Below are positions 38,001 to 50,000 of a stretch of 64,000 bases of DNA, one piece after another. Position 1 is the first letter of the stretch, and each line of letters starts with the position of its first letter. Source of the DNA: Sphaerodactylus townsendi (taxonomy: Eukaryota); contig NC_059425.1 of assembly GCF_021028975.2 (NCBI RefSeq), forward strand, positions 19,778,001 to 19,842,000, written 5' to 3'. The notes beneath the pieces are model-generated. The model saw only the letters and a list, made by a program, of their open reading frames with translations, made no database searches and was not told the DNA's origin. Both the position numbers and the translations under genes were made by a program.

Positions 38001-41000
38001 TGAACTGTTGCAGGCTATGCACTGGCAGGCTACACGGGCTTAGAGCCTTAATGCTCACGTCCATTTGTTGACAAGCACATGTGCTACAGATGAAATGCTG
38101 CCATCCCTCAGTAAGAGGGAGCCGAACCCTGAACGCTCCCAATTCACACAACATTTTAACAAGACATCCTCCCCCAGCAAAAACAAAAGCCAAAATCAAG
38201 GCAGCAATTTACCAGACAGAGGTGCTAGATCACCAGAACCATCCTAGCTGGAGCATGTGATATATCTCCTCTTTCTATTTCGGGAAGCAGTTGTTGAAGT
38301 GGTCAAGGTAGGTGGGCATTCAGCCATGCTCCCGGTACCAGTTGGGGTCTTTTTATCTGTCCCTGGAGGAAAGAGCCTCGTGAGTCACGCCTCTGTTTCT
38401 AGCGAGAAAGAACAGCCTTCTGGTCTGCTTCTCCCCACAGCCACAGGACCCGAACGTCGACTGGGAAGTGGTGAAAGACCTAGCCCAGAGAGGAAACCCG
38501 TGCTCTTGAGGTCCAGGAGACCAGATCGGAGGCGCTTGAGAAGTGCAGACAACCTTGTGTGGAACAAAGGAGAGGCACCAAGGCAGCAAGGCATGGTGGC
38601 AAACAGGACTGTAAGGAAGCAGGGCAGGGTGGGGCACGCATCTCAGTGGTGGAGCCCCACCTTTCAAGCCCAAGCCAGGAAGGAGGCTGACCCGCACAAG
38701 CTGCCGAGTACGGTTTTGCCGGCCAAAACAGCCGGACGAAGATGGGCCAAGGTATCAGAAGATTATTATTTCTGTGGGTTTTTGAGCCCCAGGGAGTTCT
38801 CTGGTATGAGTTCTGTTGAAATTAATGTCCTCCTGCATAACAGTGTGTGTATGCAGGTAGGTGGGCACCAGGAACATTATACTCTCACCTTTTTTCTTGA
38901 TGAGGAAGAGGGATGCTAGTGGAATTTACACACTATAAATAGGACTTAAGTGTACTGAATAACAATAAATAAAAACACCTCCAGCCCTGCTGCTTAAGAA
39001 CACAACACACAAACTTCAGTACTTACTAGCTAATTTACTAAGTGAATTGGAAAGTGAAAATAAGTGCACTACTGTCTAAAACAGCTATGAACATATATAA
39101 AGCCCTTCGGGGATGGGGTGGTATATCAAACTGAATAAATAATAATAATAATAATAAAAATACAAAAAGTTACAAAAAATACAAACCACTAATAATATAC
39201 ATATACAGGAAGTACAATTGTATACATAGGAACAATTATGATCTAGGAATTCTTTTTGTTTTTACTGTGTAGTGAAACACAGATTGAATTTAAAGATACA
39301 GTCCTTTACTGTCAGCATACCTGAAGGACTTAGTGGTTACAGTAGATGTACACCTTTCGGAGTGCAAAAATATCCAGAATAAGACATTCTAAAACGCCAT
39401 TCACGATAATGAGACATTTTCGTGAGCTCTTCTTCAGTAGAATGCAGTAACCATTAGGTACAGTCATAGTTCTCTGCGATTGGTTAATCCAATGCCATGT
39501 CAACGCAGCAACTTTCTTTTTTTTTTAATTAAAGTTTTATTTTATTAAAGATTAGAATCATATTTGTACAGTAAAAATAAGATTTACAGTTGTCTCACTG
39601 TTTCTTTTTCAAGAAAGTTGCCAGGACTTTACATTCCTACAAAGATCCTAATTGTACATATCTGGAGCGTTTCCTCAATTACATAATATCGCCCGTTATA
39701 TAAAGAATAGATAGCCCATCAAATTTGTGAGACATAAAAAGAGTTATCGTATATATGAGACTATAAGAGGGAAATTAAGCATATGTAGGTGGATAAGAAG
39801 AAAAAGAAGAAAGTGTGAGCTAACAAGGAAGATCAGAAGAAGATAAGAGAGAAAAGAGAAGATCACACCCTGTGGGGTGGGCACTGTGACAGAACCTGAG
39901 AATTCCTGCTCGTGGCAGACACAGAGGCTGACATCTCTGATTCTTCATTCTCTTCGTAGCGGTTCCTGTCTGTGCCCTGTCTCTGCCTTCTCCTGTTTCT
40001 GCTCATCCTGGGCTTCGCTTGCTGGTTCATCTGGAAACACGGAAGCCCTGTCTCTTCCCTGGAGCTGGCTGCTTATGGGCAGTGGGGGCTGGGCAGCATT
40101 CCGACGCTGTGGAGCAGGACAGAAGAATGTGGAACTCAGTGCAGGTAGGGGGCGTTTGTGTGCATGCACACTGGCTGCTGGTATGTGTGTGTGTGGTGTG
40201 GGATGTGGTGGTTGCTGAAGAAGTATGTGCTAGATGAGAGGAGGATGAGGGAGATCGAACTGAGAGAGTGATTATTATGGAGGTACTGGTTTAGTATCTT
40301 TCTTTTGCACAATAGAGCTCGTGATATACTTAAAAACCTTATCCGCTTAAAATTCCAGATGGCACTTTTAAAAACCTTAGATTACAATTCCAGGGAAGAC
40401 CAAACAGAGAATAACCAGTAAAAGGGGTGGTGGGGGCAGAGAAGATTAAAGGAAAAGGGAGCGACAGGAACAGGAACAAACAACTACAGAGATGGGGGCA
40501 GAGGTAGAGAGGCCAGTTAAGATGAAAATCATTGCTGCCTCAATCTTATAGGCCCTGTGAAACTGAGCCAAGACCCACAGAGCCTGGGTCTCACTCAATG
40601 GAGAGTTCCAACAGACGGGGGCCAGAGCAGAAAAGGCTCTGGCTCTGGCTGACAACAGCCAGAGACTTCTTGGGGCAGGGACCACCAGTAGGCTGTTACC
40701 AGCTGATCGTAATGCTCTTTGTGTGATGTATCAGAAGAGGCGGTCCCACAAGTACAATGTTTAGGGCTAACATTCCTACTTGTTGCGGCCTGCAGTGACC
40801 GCTTTACTTTAAAAAAAAAGAATTAGGAGAGTTGCATAGATTTCTGTATAATGGGATACAAGCTTTAGGAGAAGGTCCGAAAACACCAGAATATATTCAT
40901 TTATGTTCATTAGAATATTTTATCCTGGGTTTTGTTTGATTAACCATGTTTCAAGGTGACTCCCCTCCCCCCCACATCACAGGCTCGAACAAATTGTGAC

Positions 41001-44000
41001 AATGACAGTAGCAAACCAAATAAAATGGCAGATCAATCCAACAGTAGTATAATCAGGATTGCAGCTTTGCAGCTTTGCAGCAGGAGCAGCAGTGGCGTAG
41101 TGGTTAAGAACAGGTGCACTCTAATCTGGAGAACCGGGTTTGATTCCCCGCTCTGCTGCCTGAGCTGTGAAGGCTTATCTGGGGAATTCAGATTAGCCTG
41201 TACACTCCAACACATGCCAGCTGGGTGACCTTGGGCTAGTCACAGTTCTTCGGAGCTCTCTCAGCCCCACCTACCTCACAGGGTGTTTGTTGTGGGGAGA
41301 GAAAGGGAAAGGAGTTTGTAAGCCCATTTGAGTCTCCTACAGGAGAGAAAGGGGGGATATAAACCCAACTCTTCTTCTTCTTTTGTCAGACCAATCCAGA
41401 GGCTTTATAACAGTGGTTCTCAACTTGGGGGTCGGGACCCCTTTTGGGGTCGAACGACCCTTTCACAGGGGTCACCTAAGACTCTCTGCATCAGTGTTCT
41501 CCATCTGTAAAATGGATAAATGTTAGGGTTGGGGGTCACCACAGCATGAGGAACTGTATTAAAGGGTCGCGGCATTAGGAAGGTTGAGAACCACTGTTCT
41601 ATAATGTGGAGCTGGCTTCTGATTTAGCAAGGTGAACATCCTGGAACTAACACTGCCATTTTCTTCCTTTCCCTTCGTTGGCTCCAGCCTCGTATTGGTG
41701 GAGAGCATTCCAGACACATTGGAATACCAACCGGAGGACCCTCGTCATCTGAGCATCTACCAGGCTTGGATGGACCTTCTGGCTGGAGCCAACAGCAGTG
41801 TGGATATTGCCGCTTTCTACTTCACTCTCCGAGACTCCGATATTAAGGTGCAGGATCCCTCTGCTCAGCAGGTCAGTTGCGCTTCTAGGATCCAGCACAG
41901 CAGTAGGGGGAAGAAGCATGAAAGCCACAAACCCTTTGTTGAGGGTGGGGATAGAAGTGCGGCAGAGACGGCCCAACCGATTAGGCAGGGCGGCTGACAG
42001 TGGGACACTAAGGTTGTCAGCTCCAGGTTGATAAATACGTGGAGGTTTTGGGGGTGGAGCCTGAGGAGGGTGAGGTTTAGGGAGGAGAGAGACTTTAGTG
42101 GGGCATTATGCCATAGAGCAGTGGTGGTGAACCTTTGGCACTCCAGATGTTATGGACTATAATTCCCATCAGCCCCTGCCAGCATGGCCAATTGACCATG
42201 CTGGAAGGGGCTGATGGGAATTGTAGTCCATAACATCTGGAGTGCCAAAGGTTCGCCACCACGGCCATAGAGCCTGCCTTCCAAAGCAGCCGTTTTCTAC
42301 ATGTGAACTGATCTCTGGCTCATTCCGCACTTGCAGAATAATGCACTTTCAAACTGCTTTCAGGGCTCTTTGAAGCTGTGCGGAATAGCAAAATCCACTT
42401 GCAAACAGTTGTGAAAATGGTTTGAAAATGCATTATTTTGCGTGTGCGGAAGGGGCCTCTGTCACTTGGAGATCAGATGTAATCCCAGGAGAGCCCCTGA
42501 AACACAACCTGCAGTGCCCCCAGGGTTTTGAAGGACAACAAAATCTGTTTTTCTCAGCTCAAAGGGGAGTCTGCAGAGGGGTGTCTGGGTGGAGGCCTCC
42601 ATTACCATTATAATTACCCCACTTGCTGCCGCCGCCACCTTGGTTCTTTGCCCCTATCTGCAAGCAACTTTAGTGAGAAGGTGGATTATTAAATGAACAG
42701 CCAGGTTCAACCCTCAGCCAAGTTCACATTCCACATTTCTTCCCTGGGCAGTCCAATGCTCACACTACTGTTTAAATTGGCACTGCTAGTCCTGCTGCAC
42801 TGGTACTGGTACTCCTAATAATCCTAGCCCTGTGCCATTATTGCTCACCCTGTCCTTCTGTTCAGTACTCCTAATTCTCCTGCATTGTTCATTCCATGCC
42901 CTAAACTGTAGTACATTTCTACTCAACCCCCTTCTGAGCTCTGTAATCCACCTTGAGTCTCAGTGAAAATGCAGGCTTTCAATAAAACACATGACATTTT
43001 AATGTAAAATAAATACCCCAGCTAAAGACAATTTTACAACCAAGAAAAGATCTTTACCCGGGCCTTGGATAACCAGCCTTTTCCCAGCAATATGGAGCAA
43101 CAGAGGTATTAATCCTGGAGCTACCTTGCAGGGGTGTTGTAAGGAAAGCTGGCAAAGTACAAAATGTGTTCTGTAAATACAAAATATCACTGTACTGTTG
43201 TTCTGCAGGGCAGAGATGTGTTTGACTCACTGCTGGGCCTGCCTTCTCTGGGCGTGAAGCTCAGCATCGCCGTGAATAGCCCTCAGATGTCCAAGGACGA
43301 CACAGAGGAGTTCGCCAACCGAGGTAATGCCAAACGGTGTTCTAATAATGGCAGTCATCTTCTGAGTCTTTCGAGAGCCAATGAGGTGCAGTGTAGTGGT
43401 TTGTGTGTTGGACTACAATGGAAGAAACATGGGTTTGAATCCCAGAGCTCAGCCACAAAGCTTATTGCGTAACTTTGGGCCCGTTGCTCTTTCTTACCCT
43501 GACTTACCTAACAGGATCATTGAGAGAATAAAATAGGGGTGGAGGAGCCTGAACATCTGGGAGGAAAGGTAGGACTTAGTGGTACAAATACAACCGTGGT
43601 GACCTTGATCAAAATTAAAATCGTAGTCAGAAAAACCTAAATAATGAATTTAATGCAAGGAGGTGTTTTCCCAGTTTTAAAGGCACTGCAAGGTAAACTT
43701 TGAAATTGCAACAGGTTTTGTTATTATTTGTAACAAGGGCAGTGAAAGGAACTTATTTAAGAACATAAGATAGAGCCTGCTGGATCAGACCAGAGTCCAT
43801 CTAGTCCAGCACTCTGCTACTTGCAGTGGCCCACCAGGTACCTTTGGGAGTTCACGTGCAGGATGTGAAAGCAATGGCCTTCTGCTGCTGCTGCTCCTGA
43901 GCACCTGGTCTGCTAAGGCATTTGCAATCTCAGATCAAGGAGGATCAAGATTGGTAGCCATAGATCGACTTCTCCTCCATAAATCTGTCCAAGCCCCTTT

Positions 44001-47000
44001 TAACGCTATCCAGGTTAGTGGCCATCACCACCTCCTGTGGCAGCATATTTCAAACAGCATATTCCAATTTCCCCAAAAAAGTTTTGTATATGCTAAAATT
44101 AAGGGGTTTTTTTTGTTTTCTTCATAACTGTGTGGAGTCCTCATTAGTTGTAATCCATTTGTAGTACAGTGCATTACACACAGGTTGTTTTTCTGCCAGC
44201 TAACTTATGTTTTATTGTTGAAGCCCAGAGAAGCATTTGTTACGTTACATTAAATTTGTTATTTAGGTCTTTCTGGAGGCGTGGGTGGTGGGTGGGTGGG
44301 GCCTGGGGATAACTCCTTCTCTGGGCACCCCCCTCCCAGGGGCTTGGTGTCCCTGAGCTATGCCCCCGAGCCCAGGGGGGCACAGCCCCGTGTTCTGCCG
44401 GCTGTCTCCTGCCATTCCCAGGCCCTGGAGATGGCTTGCAGGGAGGTGGCGGGGTGGGGGCTCAGAGGTGTGTGGCCGGGGCACACGCCTTTCATCACGT
44501 GGGGGTGTGTGCTTGGCACCCCCCATGTGACCAAAAGGCATGCGCCCAGGACATGGGTGACCTCATGTCCTTAGGGCGGTATGCCACTGGGTCTTTCTGA
44601 CTACAATTTAATTGCGACAGAGGTCAACACGGTTGTATTTGAATTGTTCCATCCCTGTTGCCATTACTTTATCACCTTAGCCCCGAAGAGGTAGCTGGAG
44701 ATTTTCTGCTATTAAAACTGATATCCAGGTACCAGACATCAGTTAACCTGGAGCGCAGTTAACCAATGGCTGCGTTGGAAGGCAGACTTTATGGCATTAC
44801 ACCCCATTGAAGGTGCTCCCCAAATCCCGCCTTTCCTAGCCTTTGCCCCCCAAATCTCCAGGTATTTTCCAACCCAGAGCTGGCAGCCCTAACTGGAGAG
44901 ATGGAGAGGTCGTCCTCCATGGGGCCATGACTTACTTGATTTTGTTCCAGAATCTAATTATGTGTATCATTGTGAAAAACACAGAGCCTTGTGATTAAGG
45001 TGACCTGGTGAACGAGGGATGAAGAACACGGGGGCACAGATCGTTTGCCAGAGTAAATTGAATGTATTCCCTGCATCCTCCACAGGTGCAGACGTACAAT
45101 ATGTCAACATGAAGAATTTGACCGGGGGGATCGTGCACACCAAGTTCTGGGTAGTAGATCAGAAGCATGTCTACATAGGCAGCGCCAACATGGACTGGCG
45201 CTCACTCACTCAGGTATCTTCTGGGTGTGGGGTGAGTTTGCTCCAGAGAAGCACATTGCCAGAGGAGAGGATGGTTGGAGAGAAAGAGGCCATCTTTGTT
45301 CTTTACGTGACAGGTCAAGGAACTGGGTGCTGTCCTGTACAACTGCAGCTGTCTGGCTCAGGATCTGGGTCGTATCTTTACTATGTACCACATGCTGGGA
45401 GGAGAAGAGGCTTCCATCCCTGCAGCATGGCCAGCCAGCCTTGCGGCAAAGTCCAGCCTAAACAGCCCCTTGAAGCTTCAACTCAACGGCTCCAGTGCCG
45501 AACTCTACATTTCTGTAAGCCTGGCTATTGTTCCGTTCTCTTTGTTCCCTTGAGCATCTGGAAGTTCTGGGATAGGTCAGTTTCCTTGCAAGTAAAAAGC
45601 ATCGGAAACCCTTTTGTACTGTCAGGTTCTGCACTGGTAGACGAGTTGAGCAGGTGGAGGCACAGGCAAAGTCCCAGGCAGGCGGTACTCTTGAAAGTAG
45701 TCAGTAGTGCCCCAAAATCAAGGGGTGTATCTACTAGCCAGCGTGGCATAGTGGTTAAGAGCAGGTGCACTCTAATCTGGAGGAACCGGGTTTGATTCCC
45801 TGCTCTGCCACTTGAGCTGTGGGGGCTTATCTGGGGAACCAGATTAGCTTGTGCACTCAAACACATGCCAGCTGGGTGACCTTGAGCTAGTCACAGTTCT
45901 TCGGAGCTCTCTTAGCCCCATCCACCTCACAAGGTGTTTGTTGGGGGGCAGGGGAGGGAAAGGAGATTGTAAGCCCCTTTGAGCCTCCTTACAGGAGAGA
46001 AAGGGGGGATATAAATCCAGACTCTTCTTCTTCTTCTAAAGTTGGCACCCAGGTCAAGCACTGTGGGCTTTAAACTGTGGGCTCTGCCTCCTAAACTCCA
46101 CCTCCAAAGTCATGTGGACTTCGGAGGCAGAGCCAGCAGTATAAAGCTGGACCCAGCCAGGCTGAGCCTGTAGTTCAAGGCTGGCCTCTGCCTGACCAGG
46201 TGCAGCTTTAAATTGTGAGCTTCAAGGCAGAGCCTGCAATTTAAAGCTAGACTCAGTTGAACCCAGCCTTGAACTCCACTCCTCCCCACCCCAATTCCAC
46301 CTGGAATTCAGGGGCAGGGCATGCAGTTTAAGACAAAGAGCAGTTCAACAGTGTATTGCGGGGGGCAGGGGGTAGTAGCACCAAAAAACCCACAGCCAGA
46401 GGGAGGGGGGGTAGTAGCACCAAAAAACAAACCCCATTTGGTCTCTCTTGGTAGATCATGGGAGGAACCATAGGCCAGTGACAGCGCAGGTGTTTCATGT
46501 GTGTAATCCCTGCTGATATTAGAATATAAGAAGAGCCCTGCTGGATTAGACCTGTGATCCATCTAGTCCAGTACAAGAAAGGGCTGTGGACGGTGGCAGA
46601 GCACTTGCTTGGCATGCAGAAGGACCCAGGTTCAGTTCCCACCATCTCCATTATCAGGTTGGAGGTGACGCAAGAGACTCCTTCCTGAGAGTTGCTACCA
46701 GTCAGAGTAGGCGGACCTTTATGGCCCAGTGGTCAAATTCAGTGCAAGGCACCTCCATCCCATTTGGTTTCACGCAATGGCCAGCAAACAAGGCACAAAG
46801 GCCAAGATCTCCCCCTGATATTGCCCCCTGGCACTGGTATTCAGAGGGCTACTGCCTCAAGGCATGGAGGTTCCCTTTAGTTCTTGTGGTCAGTGGCCAT
46901 TCATGAATTACTTCTCCACAAATCTGTCCAATCCGCCTTTAAATCTAAGTGGCCATCTGTCAGGATGTGTATGCCCCTTCCATAACATGTGGCAGTCAAT

Positions 47001-50000
47001 TCCCCAGTTATCTACTAAGTGAAGAATTTTCTGTTCTGTACTTTCCTTATAGGCTTTCCAGGGGCACCTGGCTGACTGCGTTGTGAAACAGGATATTGGA
47101 CTAGATGGACCATTGGTCCAACCCAGCATGGCTGCTCTTATCATCAATCCCCTGCATTTTCAGAGTATTTAGAGCAGGCCGTGCCAGGAAAAGGCTTCCC
47201 TGTCCCTCAGTTCATGGAGAACCACTGTTAAACTATTCAGGGCACCTCTGACAAGGGGACTGGGACATCTCTCCTTCTCCCAGCCCCCAACACTGTGGTT
47301 TTCTGTTGTTTCTGCAGAGTTCCCCGCCAGCCCTGTGTTCAGAAGGCCGCACCTCCGATCTCATGGCTATTGTGCGCACGATTGAGGATGCCCGGGCTTT
47401 CGTCTACATTGCTGTGATGGACTATGAGCCACAGTGCTCATTCTGCAAACCCAAGAGGTGTGAGCAGGGGGTATGGTAGCTGGGATTGAGGGCTAAAATA
47501 ACTCCTGGACCCTTTTTGCTTCTTCTGTGATGAAGGGAAAGGGCGCTTTCTCCCATGCCAAATAATCTGCTTTCAATGCACTTTGCAGCTGGAGTTTACT
47601 GTGTGAAATGGCACTTTCGCACATGCAGAACAATGCACTTTCAATTCACTTTCGATGCACTTTGCAGCTGGATTTTACTGTGTGAAATCGCAAAATCCAC
47701 TTGCAAACAATTGTGAAAGTGGATTGAAAGTGCAGTATTCTGCGTGTGTGAAAGTGCCCAAAGCTACTTGCAAGCAATTGTTAAAGTGGACTGGAAGTGC
47801 ATTATTCAATATGTGGAAAAGTGTCCAAAGAATGTGGTTTCCACAGTTGTGGATAAGGGAATTGGTGTGGGAGGGCAGATTGGAAGAAACAGCCACAATA
47901 AAGAACATCAGTGAACCACAGTGCTAGGACTAATCTTCAGCTGCTACTCATGCTTTAGTTTGCCACCTAATAAATCAGCAGAGTTGAGTTACAATTGTGT
48001 GAACAGAAAGCCAGATCTAGCAGTAGCGTCATATTTGCAGTCAGTCAGTTTCTGTTTTCAGGCTCAGCAGCTGGGATTGACTCCAGTGCGGTTGTGTGTG
48101 GTTCCCCCCCACAGGTACTGGCCCGTTATCGACGACGCCTTGCGTGCCGCCGCCTGTGACAGAAGAGTAAATGTGCGCCTTCTCATCAGTTGCTGGCCAC
48201 ACTCGCATCGTGACATGTTTGTCTTCCTGGAGTCGCTCATCATCCTCAGCCAGAAGCCACTGAGTTGCCCCATCGAGGTGGTGAGTCCTAGGATCAAAAG
48301 GGGAAAGCTAGGGACCCTTCCCATGGACCCTTTTTCTTGATCCAGATATGTGCAGCTTGACTTTTGGAGGTCTCGGTTTGGAGGTCCTGGTTTGACTGGT
48401 CACCCAGTCAAACCAGGCATGGGAGGGCTGTCTCCATTCACTCGCTTGTCTGCTTCCTCAGCCTTTTATTGCACGCCAAATGCAGTAGACATCGGAAGTT
48501 AAGCAGGATGAATCCTGTCTAGTACTTGGATGGGACCCCCCGCCCCCCCAAGGAATACCAGGCTGCTACGCAGAGGCAGGCAATGGCAAACCACTTATGT
48601 TAGTCTCTTGCCTTGAAAACCCTACAGGGCCACCATAAGTTGGCTGCAACTTGACTGCGCTTTATGCAGACAGATGTGTTAGGTGGAGTGTTGTGGGGTT
48701 CCTGGGCTGTACGGCCGTGTTCCAGTAGCATTTTCTCCTGACGTTTTGCCTGCATCTGTGGCTGGCATCTTCAGAAACGTCAGGAGAAAACGCTACTGGA
48801 ACACGCCCATACAGCCCGGAAAACCCACAACACTCCAGTGATTCCGGCCGTGAAAGCCTTCGACAATACAATGTGTTAGGTGTTGGCGAGCCCCTGCCTC
48901 TCAGCAGGAGCCCCTTTGCATGTTGGATAGAACCACTGCCTCTTACAGACGAATTGTAAGAATTCCTGGGATAATGCCTTGTCTTTGATCACTGTGAAGC
49001 TCTAAATCAGAGGTGGCCAAATTGTGGCCCGTGAGCCATATGTGACTCGCTGGGGAGGCTCAAGATGGTGCAGATCTCCCCCTCTGCGCATCCTTGCCTC
49101 TGGACGCAATGCCACGCTTTGCTATGGGAGCAGGAAGCCTGGAAGGGGCTGTGACAGCCTGACCATGGGAATAGGCAGCAGGAGTGCCCAGGGGCCCCCT
49201 AGCAAACTGTGGCAGCATGGCAAGAGACTAGTACGTGCATAGGGAGACATTCAGGTAGGCTGTGTTTAGCCAATATTCTGAGGCAGGGCAAGGAGAGAAC
49301 GGAGTATGGGCATTAGCTGTGCTCAGCTCTCCTGACTGTCCCACTGCCTCCCAAGCCCACTCAACATTCTCATCTGCCCACAAAAATTGACAGATGAGAA
49401 AGGAAGGTTCTTCTTACTTACTGAAATCCATAATAAATAGAGAAATGCCTTGTTGTTGTGGGTTTTCCAGGCTGTGTGGCCATGGTCTTGTTCCTAACGA
49501 TTTGCCTGCATCTATGGCTGGCATGTTCAGAGGTGTATCACAGAGAGAAGTCTGTTACTGTGTATAACACACTTCGAAAAGCTGTGACTTAGAGCTCTGA
49601 AAAGCTGTGACTAGCCCAAGGTCACCCAGCTGGCGTGTGTGGGAGTGCACAGGCTAATCTGAATTCCCCAGATAAGCCTCCACACCTCAAGCAGCAGAGC
49701 GGGGAATCAAACCCGGTTTCCCCAGATTAGAATGCACCTGCATTCTTCTTAACCACTTCGCCACTGCTGCTCCTGCAGGTTAGGAAGAAGATCTACCAGA
49801 CCACGGCCACACAGCCCGGAAAACCCACAACAACCAGTTGAATCTGGCGTGAAAGCCTTCAACAATACAGAGAAATAGCTTCTTGGCTTGAACGTTTTGT
49901 TTTTATGCTTCATATTTTAAACTGCCTTAGCCCAGTTGTCCATCTTGGCCTAGTACTGTCTCCTCTGACAGGCAGCCATTCTTCCGAGCCTCAGGCAGAG

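Noticed and set aside
40551-40690. Exon-like stretch after TCTTATAG between the TM and first luminal PLD exons
   Set aside because: Flanking exons already join cleanly as [14 protein letters not shown], matching the family; no convincing donor
41082-41160. tRNA-like sequences with A/B boxes (also at the other SINE heads); 5S-like pieces at about 6020-6075 and 48490-48540
   Set aside because: Heads of SINEs, not tRNA or 5S rRNA genes
45019-45795. 258-aa ORF containing one HKD motif
   Set aside because: Reads through introns; only 45086-45213 is in the PLD frame
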